Assembly: GCA_965224025.1 (NCBI GenBank)
Contig: OZ245033.1
Span: 4,736,001-4,800,000 of the forward strand
Reading direction: 5' to 3'
Length of the DNA stretch: 64,000 bases
From: Candidatus Multivorans sp.
Lineage (GTDB): Bacteria; Acidobacteriota; Thermoanaerobaculia; Multivoradales; Multivoraceae
Positions 9,039-17,809 of the stretch are shown in pieces. The translations under genes were made by a program, and so were the position numbers. The notes under the pieces are model-generated. The model was not told the origin of the DNA. It did not search any database and worked only from the letters and a program-made list of their open reading frames with translations. Numbering within the stretch: position 1 is the first letter of the stretch; each line of letters starts with the position of its first letter.

Positions 9039-9248
9039 CCGCCCCTCCTCTCGGAGGCACTGGCGAGGCCACGCAGAGCGCCGAAGGGCGTCCGGGACCG
9101 AAGAGAGGCCGGTCTGTCCGTGTTGAAGGCCGCTCCCCGATGTCTTGTCTCGCAAGCGGAGCGCCGCACGATCCACATCATGGCCGCTACCCTACTCAAT
9201 CTCGACAGCCGGTCGGTTGCGGCACAAGGCGGTAGCCTTGCCGGCCCC

Positions 9249-12200
9249 ATGGCGCTGAACCCGGTTGTCTTCACGGAGAAGGTCCTCCAGAGCTTTCTCC
9301 GTTACCAGTTGCGGGCTTATCCGTTCGCGGATCCGCGCCTGCACGGACAGATGCGGGAACTGCTGTCGCTCGACGAGGCGCGCGAGTCGCCGTTGCTGCA
9401 AGGGCCGTTCGTCAGCCTCTCGCGGCCCTTCAGCGGCGGCGCGGCGGTGGCGGACCTGGCGGCCGAAGAGCTGCTCCACCCACACCTGGAGCAGCGGATT
9501 CCGAGCGCCGTCTCGCAGCTCTACCGGCACCAGGAGAAGGCGATCCGCGCGATCGTCGGGGGTCGCTCGACGCTCGTTTCGACCGGCACCGGCTCGGGCA
9601 AGACGGAGTGCTTCCTCCACCCGATCGTCAGTCGATGCCTGCGTCTGCGGGACGAGGGTGCGGCGGCCGGCATCAGCGCCGTGATCGTCTATCCGATGAA
9701 CGCGCTGGCCGAGGACCAGTTGATGCGGTTGCGCTCGCTGCTGGCGGGCACCGGCGTTTCGTTCGGCATGTACGTCGGCAAGACGCCGGAGAGAGAAGGC
9801 GACGTGGGCGGCGTCAGGCTTCCTCCGGGGTCTTCCCGCTCGGACTACGAGGCGCAGCTCGAGGCTGTGCGCGCGGCCAAGAGCGGCGAGAGCGTGTTAC
9901 CGGCCGAAGAGGCCTGCTCGCGGGAAGCGATGCGTTCGGCTGGCGGGCAACCGCGAATCCTGCTCACCAACGTGAAGCAACTGGAGCTGCTTCTCACCCG
10001 CCAGCGGGACGCCGAGCTGTTCCAGAACGCCCGCCTCGACTACCTCGTGTTCGACGAGGCACACACGTTCACCGGCGCCAGGGGCGCCGAGACCGCGTGC
10101 CTCATCCGCCGTCTGCGGGCCTTCTGCGGCCGGCAGGCCGAGGACACGGTCTGCGTCGCCACGTCGGCGACGATCGTCGACGCGGAGCGACCGGAGGCGG
10201 CCCGGGTCTTCGCCTCGCGGTTCTTCGGCGTGCCGGAGGAGTCCGTCGAGACGGTTGCGGAGGACTACGAACAGGAGCTCTGGAGCGAGGAGAGATGGCT
10301 GCCAGCGGCGGCGCCAAACGGGGACACAGCCGAACTGCTGGCCGACTGCGTGAAGGCGGTCGAGGAGGACCAGGGCGGACCCGGAGACGCCATCCGCCGC
10401 TCCTACCGGGCGATCGCCCGTCGGGATCTAGGCGGTGAGCCCTGGCCCGAAGCGCTCTACCGAACCCTGGCGCGGAGCGAGATCGTCTATCGGCTGAACG
10501 AGGCGCTGCACGAGCCGCGACCGCTCCACGAACTGCCGCCGAAACTCCAGGAAGCCCTCGACCGGGAGAGCACGGAGGCCGAGATCCTGGCTTGGCTGAC
10601 CCTGGCCGCCGCGGCGCGCGGCGATGGCCGGCCTCTGCTGCGGCCGGTGGTCCACGGCTTCGTCCGCGGCATTCCCGGAGCGGTCGTGTCCTTTCCGCAC
10701 GGGACGAACGAACCCCGGCTGTGGTTGGCCGCGGAAGACGAGATCGACCACGGCGAGGCGGAATCTGCCGACGAGGCCGAACCGTCGGGCGAAGCGCGGT
10801 CGGCGCATCTGCCCGTGCTCACCTGCACCACCTGCGGTCAGCACTACTACGAGGCCCATCTCGAGGACTTCTCGTTCGGCGGCCGACGCCCCGGCGGCGG
10901 CGAGCCGCATGGGAAAGGTGTCGTCTGGCGAAAGCTCGACGAGGCCCGGCAGGGGAAGCGAGTGGTCCTGGTGGACCGGCTGATCGGCGGCGACGAGCAC
11001 GACGCGGAGGACGAAGACGGTCCGGGCCCGGGACGACGCAACGGGAACAGTGAAGCCGCGAACGTTCTCGAACGGCGAACAGCTCCGATCCACCTCTGCC
11101 GGCACTGCGGCGCGGCGCATGAACGATCAGGCGGGAATTGCTTCGCCTGCGGCGCGCCCGGGCCGCGAATCCGCCTTCACGCCGTCCGTCAGAAGCCGGA
11201 CAGGCCCGGGGTTCTGACGAGCTGCCTCTCGTGCAACGCGTTGGGCGGCCGGGGCGGAGGCGGCCGCTACCGCGAACCGGCGCGGCCCGTGCGCGCCAGC
11301 AACGCCGCCGACGTGCACGTTCTGGCTCAGGACATGGTCCAACAGTCGAAGCGGCGGCGGCTGCTCGTGTTCTGCGACAACCGCCAGGATGCCGCCTTCC
11401 AGGCCGGATGGATGAAGGACCACGCCCGCCGGTTCCGGCTGCGGTCGTTGATGGCGGACGGACTCAAGGATGGGCACGGGTCGGTAGGCGATCTGACCTG
11501 GTTCCTCGACGACACCCTGGAGAAAAACGAGGGACTCTCGCGCGCCCTGATCCCGGAGGTCTGGGTCGTGGCCCGCCGGGAGGCCGCCGGCCAACGCCAC
11601 CGCGACGAGCGGCGAAAGTTCCTGCGCATGCAGGTGCTGCGGGAGATCTCGGAGTCCGCCCGGCAACCCCTGGGGCTGGAACCCTGGGGGCGGATGAAGG
11701 TCGACTACGCCGGCCTGGACGCTTCACTGCCGTGGATCCAGGATCACGCCAACCGGCTCGGGCTGCCGCCGGAATCCATGCGCGAGGGGGTCGCCGCGGC
11801 ACTCGACTACGTTCGCCGGCAGAAGGTCCTCTACGACGCGGAGTATCTGACCTTCACCCGGAACCGCCTCGCCGGCGACCTGGAGATCCAGCAGGGCTAT
11901 CTCCGGCGTTCCGGCGGACCCAAGGGCGTCAAGTTGAAACGCGGCCCCGGCGACGATCCCGGCCGCGTCCTCCAATGGCTGAGCGAGGGCGGCCAGACCA
12001 CGATGAAGCAGATGGCCGCGAAGTGGGGCGCCGAGCCGGAGCAGGCGGAGGAGCTGCTGCGGAGCCTGTTCGAGATGCTGGCCGAGCGCGGCCTGCTGAA
12101 GCAGGTGCAGCTTCTGGGCGCCCGCGGCCGCGCGATGCCGAACGCCAGCGGCGTCTACCAGGTCGACGCCGACCGGATCGAGCTGTCGCCCCATCGCGGC

Positions 12201-15200
12201 GTCTACCGCTGCCGCAGTTGCCGCGCCCGCACGGTCCGCCGGACGCCGCGCGACCGCTGCCCGGCCTGGCGGTGCAACGGCACGCTGGAATGGCTGCGCG
12301 AAGACCCGGACGACTACGACCTGCAGCTCCTGGACGGCGGCTACTCCATGCTCCGCCCGGAGGAGCACACGGCGATGGTTCCGAATCGGGAGCGGGAACG
12401 GCTGGAGAACCTGTTCAAGGGTCGAAGCGACGCGGTGAACTGCTTCGTCTGCACCGCGACCCTTGAACTCGGGGTCGACATCGGCGCCCTGGATGCGGTG
12501 CTGATGCGCAACGTACCGCCCCTGCCCGCCAACTACTGGCAGCGGGCCGGCCGCGCCGGCCGGCGTCATCGGATGGCCGTCGATCTCACGTACTGCCGGC
12601 CCGTGTCTCACGACCGCGCCTACTTCGCCCAGCCCGAGAAGCTGCTTGCCGGCCGAGTCGACCCGCCGGCCTTCAACCTGAGCAACGACGTGATGGTCCG
12701 CAAGCATGTGAACGCCTCCGTCCTCACCGCGTTGCAGCGGCTCAGCCGTGAAGACGCCGCCGCACCGGGCGAACCTCCTTCGGCCGGGAAAGAGCAGATC
12801 CGAACGGCGCTCGAACGCTGCCTGCCGCGCCGCGTCTCGTCCTGGCTGTTCGAGGGCGGCTCCGTGCGTACCTCGCCGTTCGACTTCGGGCCCCTCGCCG
12901 AGGTGATCCGCCGGCACCGGCGCACTCTGCTCGCCGAAGCCGAAGCGGCTTTCGCCCAAGGCTGGCCGGCAGCGGACGCCGCGGCGGTTACGCCGGAGGC
13001 GCTGGGCCGCTGCGTCGACTCCTTCACTGCCGGCCTCGAGGAAGCAGAGCGGTCGCTGCGGCGCCGGCTGGAGTGGGCGCTCGCGCAGATGGAGAGGCTG
13101 CACGAGACCCGCCGCCAGCGCGGCTCGCTCGACCCGGAGGACGACGCTCTGTTCCACCGTTGCGACCGCCTGGTCAAGCGGCTCAAGGGACAGGCGCGCG
13201 CAAACCGCCGCGACGCCCAGGGGCATCACGACGCGAACACGTTCAACGTGTTGGCGGCGCAGGGCTTCCTCCCCGGCTACGGACTTGAGACCGGGTCCGT
13301 CCAGGCGATGGCGGAGGTGCCGGTCTGGCATTCCGGGGCGCTCGCCTTCAACCTGCCCCGGCCGACAGGAATCGCGCTGCGCGAGTACGTCCCGGGCAAC
13401 TTGATCTACGCCAACGGACACCGTTTCGTGGCCAGGAGGTTTCTGCGCGGGGCAGGCAAGGATCGAGAGGAGATGCCAGCGTTCGAGGTCTCGACCGAGA
13501 ACCAGGCGGTGCGGCAATGCGACGCCGGCGCTCCCGCATCGACGATCGGCGGCGGTGCGCTTCGCACGCTTGCGGTCTGTGACGTGGACCTGGCTCATCA
13601 GTCCCAGATCTCGGACGACGAGGACTACCGCTTTCAGATGGCGGTTGCGGTCCACGGCGTGGAACGCGGCGGGCACCGCGGCGGCCGCGCCTTCCACTGG
13701 GGCGAGCAGGACGCCTTACTACGTCAGGGGGTCGAACTGCGCCTGGTCAATGTGGGCTCCTCGTCCGCGATCGGCGACGGTTCCGGTCTGGGATACCCGG
13801 TATGTGCGGTCTGCGGCCAGAGTGTCTCGCCGCTGTCCTCCGAGCGCCAGCAGACGGAGTTCGCCAAGGGCCACCTGGAGCGGTGCGGTCGCCCGGTGGA
13901 TCGGATCGGCTTTCACGCCGACGTCACTGCCGACGTCCTCTCCCTGCCGGGCCTGCCGGAGCCCGCGACCGCTTACAGCGTGCTGGAGGCACTGCGGTTC
14001 GGCGCCGCCGGCGTGCTGGACATGCACCTGGACGACTTGGCAGTCCTGGTCGTGGGCCAAGTCGACCGCCCCCAGGTGGACGCTCTGCTGTGGGACCCGA
14101 TGCCAGGCGGTTCGGGCCTGCTCCATCAACTCGTCGAGCGCTTCGACGAGGTCGCTCAGGCCGCGGAGGCCGTTGTCGACGGTTGCGCGTCCGGCTGCGA
14201 CCACTCGTGCATCGACTGCCTCCAGACGTTCCGGAACGGCTACTACCACCGGCATCTCAGTCGAAAGATAGCGCTGGAGTGTCTGCGTCAATGGGGGCGC
14301 GAACTGTCGTTCTCGCATCCCATTCCCGCCGCCACGCCCGCCGGGGAGGAGGCAACCGCACAGCCAGTGAACGAGGCCGAGCGCCGCCTCAGACATCTGC
14401 TGGTTGCGGCGGGGTTCCCCGAAGGCGTGCGGGGCGAACAGATCAACCTCGGCCCAGGTCTGGGCACGACGACGCCCGACGTCATCTACCGCGGCCACAG
14501 CGGCATGCCCGATGTGTGCGTCTACCTCGACGGCCTGAGTGAGCACCTGCACGGCGATCCCCGCACCGCCGAGCGGGACCGGGAGATCCGGTACTGGCTG
14601 CGCCAACAAGGTTACGAGGTGGTCGAGATCACCGTGACGGACCTGGATGACGCCGGAGCAATGGCCCGCCACTTCGGCCGGCTCGCCATGTACTTGGGCG
14701 CCGATGAAGTTCGGCAGTCCGTCGATGCCGATGACTCGTGGTTCGAAGCGGCGACACCGGAAGCACCTACCGCTACGGCCGCGCCACCGAAAGAGACTCA
14801 AGCAACCCCGACCGGCGTACTCCGCTTCGTCGAGCCGACGCCAGAGAACCGCTACCGAAGGTGCGTGCCGTTGCTGGAAGACCTCGAAGCCGCGGCAGGC
14901 GACTTCGGTGACCCTCATGGCGCCCTGGGCGAGATTGCGGATTCCGAGACGCCCTGGATCGAGGTCGACCCCGGGCGGCAGCTGACGCCCGACATGTTCG
15001 CGGCCAAGGTCGTTGGACGGTCAATGGAGCCGCGGATTCCGGAGGGTTCCGTGTGCCTGTTCCGTAGGGACGTCGCGGGGAGTCGATCCGGGCGGATCGT
15101 GTTGGTGCGGCTACGGGACGCAGTGGACCCTGAAACCGGTGAGCGCTTCACCGTGAAGCGCTATCGAAGCGAGAAGCGCACCGTCGCAGATGGCCCGTGG

Positions 15201-15335
15201 CGGCATCTCAGCATCACGCTGGAACCCCTGAACCCCGAGTTCTCGCCGATTGAACTGCGTGCGGAAGACGAACAGGGGTCGGGTGCTGTCGACGTCCTGG
15301 CGGAGTTCATGGACGTGCTGGCGGAGCGAAGGTAG
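9249..15335 (+). CDS. Large SF2 DEAH helicase with Zn ribbons, DUF1998, PD-(D/E)XK-like nuclease and C-terminal S24 peptidase-like domain
   Basis: LYRHQ, TGTGSGKT, YPMNALA, DEAH, TSAT, TATLELGVDIG, QRAGRAGR; CASGCDHSCIDC; TPDVIY...VYLDG...DREIR; AAAG...GRSM...VKRY...LEPLNP. Probable start MALNP at 9249. Confidence 0.9.
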   Translation: MALNPVVFTEKVLQSFLRYQLRAYPFADPRLHGQMRELLSLDEARESPLLQGPFVSLSRPFSGGAAVADLAAEELLHPHLEQRIPSAVSQLYRHQEKAIRAIVGGRSTLVSTGTGSGKTECFLHPIVSRCLRLRDEGAAAGISAVIVYPMNALAEDQLMRLRSLLAGTGVSFGMYVGKTPEREGDVGGVRLPPGSSRSDYEAQLEAVRAAKSGESVLPAEEACSREAMRSAGGQPRILLTNVKQLELLLTRQRDAELFQNARLDYLVFDEAHTFTGARGAETACLIRRLRAFCGRQAEDTVCVATSATIVDAERPEAARVFASRFFGVPEESVETVAEDYEQELWSEERWLPAAAPNGDTAELLADCVKAVEEDQGGPGDAIRRSYRAIARRDLGGEPWPEALYRTLARSEIVYRLNEALHEPRPLHELPPKLQEALDRESTEAEILAWLTLAAAARGDGRPLLRPVVHGFVRGIPGAVVSFPHGTNEPRLWLAAEDEIDHGEAESADEAEPSGEARSAHLPVLTCTTCGQHYYEAHLEDFSFGGRRPGGGEPHGKGVVWRKLDEARQGKRVVLVDRLIGGDEHDAEDEDGPGPGRRNGNSEAANVLERRTAPIHLCRHCGAAHERSGGNCFACGAPGPRIRLHAVRQKPDRPGVLTSCLSCNALGGRGGGGRYREPARPVRASNAADVHVLAQDMVQQSKRRRLLVFCDNRQDAAFQAGWMKDHARRFRLRSLMADGLKDGHGSVGDLTWFLDDTLEKNEGLSRALIPEVWVVARREAAGQRHRDERRKFLRMQVLREISESARQPLGLEPWGRMKVDYAGLDASLPWIQDHANRLGLPPESMREGVAAALDYVRRQKVLYDAEYLTFTRNRLAGDLEIQQGYLRRSGGPKGVKLKRGPGDDPGRVLQWLSEGGQTTMKQMAAKWGAEPEQAEELLRSLFEMLAERGLLKQVQLLGARGRAMPNASGVYQVDADRIELSPHRGVYRCRSCRARTVRRTPRDRCPAWRCNGTLEWLREDPDDYDLQLLDGGYSMLRPEEHTAMVPNRERERLENLFKGRSDAVNCFVCTATLELGVDIGALDAVLMRNVPPLPANYWQRAGRAGRRHRMAVDLTYCRPVSHDRAYFAQPEKLLAGRVDPPAFNLSNDVMVRKHVNASVLTALQRLSREDAAAPGEPPSAGKEQIRTALERCLPRRVSSWLFEGGSVRTSPFDFGPLAEVIRRHRRTLLAEAEAAFAQGWPAADAAAVTPEALGRCVDSFTAGLEEAERSLRRRLEWALAQMERLHETRRQRGSLDPEDDALFHRCDRLVKRLKGQARANRRDAQGHHDANTFNVLAAQGFLPGYGLETGSVQAMAEVPVWHSGALAFNLPRPTGIALREYVPGNLIYANGHRFVARRFLRGAGKDREEMPAFEVSTENQAVRQCDAGAPASTIGGGALRTLAVCDVDLAHQSQISDDEDYRFQMAVAVHGVERGGHRGGRAFHWGEQDALLRQGVELRLVNVGSSSAIGDGSGLGYPVCAVCGQSVSPLSSERQQTEFAKGHLERCGRPVDRIGFHADVTADVLSLPGLPEPATAYSVLEALRFGAAGVLDMHLDDLAVLVVGQVDRPQVDALLWDPMPGGSGLLHQLVERFDEVAQAAEAVVDGCASGCDHSCIDCLQTFRNGYYHRHLSRKIALECLRQWGRELSFSHPIPAATPAGEEATAQPVNEAERRLRHLLVAAGFPEGVRGEQINLGPGLGTTTPDVIYRGHSGMPDVCVYLDGLSEHLHGDPRTAERDREIRYWLRQQGYEVVEITVTDLDDAGAMARHFGRLAMYLGADEVRQSVDADDSWFEAATPEAPTATAAPPKETQATPTGVLRFVEPTPENRYRRCVPLLEDLEAAAGDFGDPHGALGEIADSETPWIEVDPGRQLTPDMFAAKVVGRSMEPRIPEGSVCLFRRDVAGSRSGRIVLVRLRDAVDPETGERFTVKRYRSEKRTVADGPWRHLSITLEPLNPEFSPIELRAEDEQGSGAVDVLAEFMDVLAERR

Positions 15336-15451
15336 ACTTCCGTGCCGGCAGGAGCACCGCCCCAAGGCCGAGTCCCGCGCCTAGCTTCCTGCCTCTAGTC
15401 AGAGCCAGCACTTCGCCCGCTTCGTGCTGGTGGTCGTCTCTTCCCAATCCA

Positions 15452-16846
15452 ATGTCCGCTACCGGCAGCAACAAAAACACATCGAACCTCATTCGTCTCC
15501 GGCGGGTTGAGGTCGAAGGTCTTTTCGGCATCTACGATCACATGATCGATCTGAACCTGGAAGACCGCGTCACGGTCCTCCACGGACCAAACGGTGTTGG
15601 CAAGACCCACACGCTCGGCATGATCAACGCCCTGCTCAGCAAGAACACGGCCTACTTCAAGCAGGTTCCATGCAAGTTGTTCAGGCTCACTTTCGCGGAC
15701 AGCGTGGTCGAGTTGACGCCCGACCTAGCAGCCTCCGAGAGCCGCCCACAACGCGCCCGACTCACGGTCAAACAGGACGAAGAGCGCCGCTCAGAGATGA
15801 TCTCGCTGGGAACTCGAACAGAGGAATGGGAACACCTGCTTCAATTGCTGCAACGCCGCCGCCCGACCGAAGCCGCGGGACTTGCCCCAGGGAGCGAAGA
15901 ACGGGAAGAGCAGGTTCCCGAGCCTGACATGCAATCAACATTCGGCGCGGGACTTCCCGATGGGGACAACGGACCAGGAGCTCCTTCCTGGTTCGATGCC
16001 TTTCTCGACAAGGCGAACACCTACTTCATCGAGGCGCAACGCCTCGTTCGGACGCGAAAGGACCCACGAGAGCGGCCGATGCCTGGCCCGTACGCCAGCG
16101 CGCTTTTCAACCCGCCTTCCAACCCCGACATCTCGGCATCGTTGACGGTCTTGGAGCGGAGTCGAGAGTTTCGTAATCGGCTTCGGGAAACCTTGGCCAA
16201 CTACGGCAGAAGAGCGCAAGTGCTTGACCAGACGTTTCCCCAGCGACTCGTCAAGGCCACTGGCCGTCTCGGAAACGCTGAACTCAACGAACGCATGAAG
16301 GGCCTTGAAAAAGACACTGAACAACTGAAGGAACTCGGTATCTTCGACGAGGCGACCGAGCACCCCACGCGCCCGTTCGACGCCCGACTGCCCGAGCTGA
16401 ACGACACGCAGGCTCGGGTGATGACGCTCTATGTTCAGGACACCGAACGCAAGCTCGGAGAGATCGCCGCGCTGGCCAGCCGAGTCCGGAGTCTCCTCGA
16501 CGGCGTCAACGGAAAGTACAGGCACAAGAGACTCCGAGCCGATCGGGGGGAGGGGCTTGTCGCGGAGACCGACTCAGGGGAGAAGCTGCCGTTGAGTTCG
16601 CTCTCGTCTGGCGAACAGCACGAACTCGTGCTGCACTACGACCTCCTGTTCCGGGTCCCGGAGAACACGATCGTCCTCATCGACGAGCCCGAACTGTCGT
16701 TCCATGTCTCGTGGCAGAAGCGCTTTCTTCCCGAACTGCTGGACATCGCGCAGTTGTCCCGTTTCGATGCCATCGTGGCTACCCACTCGCCCTACATCAT
16801 CGGCGAACGCGACGACCTGATGGTCGGCCTCGGGGACGCTGCCTGA
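15452..16846 (+). CDS. ABC-type AAA ATPase, PARIS AriA-like
   Basis: GPNGVGKT, LSSGEQH, LIDEPELSFH, ATHSP. Confidence 0.88.
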   Translation: MSATGSNKNTSNLIRLRRVEVEGLFGIYDHMIDLNLEDRVTVLHGPNGVGKTHTLGMINALLSKNTAYFKQVPCKLFRLTFADSVVELTPDLAASESRPQRARLTVKQDEERRSEMISLGTRTEEWEHLLQLLQRRRPTEAAGLAPGSEEREEQVPEPDMQSTFGAGLPDGDNGPGAPSWFDAFLDKANTYFIEAQRLVRTRKDPRERPMPGPYASALFNPPSNPDISASLTVLERSREFRNRLRETLANYGRRAQVLDQTFPQRLVKATGRLGNAELNERMKGLEKDTEQLKELGIFDEATEHPTRPFDARLPELNDTQARVMTLYVQDTERKLGEIAALASRVRSLLDGVNGKYRHKRLRADRGEGLVAETDSGEKLPLSSLSSGEQHELVLHYDLLFRVPENTIVLIDEPELSFHVSWQKRFLPELLDIAQLSRFDAIVATHSPYIIGERDDLMVGLGDAA

Positions 16847-16921
16847 CGTCCGGCGAGCCTCACGCGACCCTGCCGCTCCGCCTTGTGCGGATGGGGTCGA
16901 AGGCCTCATATCGAGAACGCG

Positions 16922-17764
16922 ATGCCGCTCGGGGAGAAGACGCCGGGGATTCTGGCGGCCGAAATCGAGATGCACCGGCAAAGCCACTCGGGCGCCTTCC
17001 TGATCGTCGAAGGCCTTGACGACATGCGCTTCTGGCGCAAATGGCGCCACGCAAATTGCGAACTGGTGGCCGGAGAAGGCAAGGCCAACGTGCTCGGAAG
17101 CGTGCAGCGCCTGGACTTGCGCTTGGTCCCCGGCATCCTCGGGGTGGTCGACAGCGACTACGACACCTTCACCGGAAACGACTTGCCCTCGGCCAACTTG
17201 GTGGCCACGGATGCTCATGACCTGGAGTGTCTGCTCTGTCGTTCTGACGCCCTCGACGCCGTCCTGCACGAGCACGGCGACCCGAAGAAGGTCGAGCGCT
17301 TCCAGAACGAGTTCTGCATGGATGTCCGGCAGGCCCTCCTGGAGCGGGCGCTGGTCTTCGGCCGCGTCAGACTGGCGGCCACTCTCCATGACGCCACCGA
17401 TGTGATGCGCGAGATCAGCGTTCCCAGGTTCCTTGACGAACCCAATTGGGCGGTCGATGGCGACGGCCTCCTGGAAACTGTTGCAAGCCTCTCTGACACA
17501 AAGCCAGAAACGTGGCGAGAACGCGTCGGGGACTTGGTCGCTGAAGATCCATGGTACGTGGCGCGGGGACACGACATCGTCGAGATCCTCCGGTCGGGGC
17601 TCAAGAGGGTCCTCGGCAACCTGCGAAACAGCGTCGGCCGCGAAGACATCGCCAAAGATCTACGACTGGCGGCCAGACGAGAGTGCATGGAAAACACGGG
17701 CCTCTGGGCCGGAGTCGGATCCTGGGAGAACGCCAACCAGCCTTTCTCGATCCTGGCGAACTGA
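16922..17764 (+). CDS. DUF4435 TOPRIM-like protein, PARIS AriB-like
   Basis: LIVEGLDD, GK..V, GVVDSDYD and HDLE motifs; directly downstream of the ATPase. Confidence 0.8.
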   Translation: MPLGEKTPGILAAEIEMHRQSHSGAFLIVEGLDDMRFWRKWRHANCELVAGEGKANVLGSVQRLDLRLVPGILGVVDSDYDTFTGNDLPSANLVATDAHDLECLLCRSDALDAVLHEHGDPKKVERFQNEFCMDVRQALLERALVFGRVRLAATLHDATDVMREISVPRFLDEPNWAVDGDGLLETVASLSDTKPETWRERVGDLVAEDPWYVARGHDIVEILRSGLKRVLGNLRNSVGREDIAKDLRLAARRECMENTGLWAGVGSWENANQPFSILAN

Positions 17765-17794
17765 GTGAACGAATCTCTGAAACGCCGCGAACGC

Positions 17795-17803
17795 TGCTAG
17801 CTT
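17795..17803 (+). promoter_or_regulatory. Extended -10 element (leaderless promoter)
   Basis: TGcTAGCTT 6 nt before the ATG at 17810; no Shine-Dalgarno. Confidence 0.4.
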
Positions 17804-17809
17804 TCTCGC

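Noticed and set aside
8736-9248. N-terminal extension of the helicase ORF; likewise the long 5' extensions of the Fic, pyrE, sulfatase-TPR and mauB ORFs
   Set aside because: They overlap other real genes; family-like sequence begins at downstream starts, so these are not fusions
9249-15335. Complete DISARM, Druantia or BREX system
   Set aside because: No methyltransferase, SNF2 helicase, PLD or other partner gene in the window
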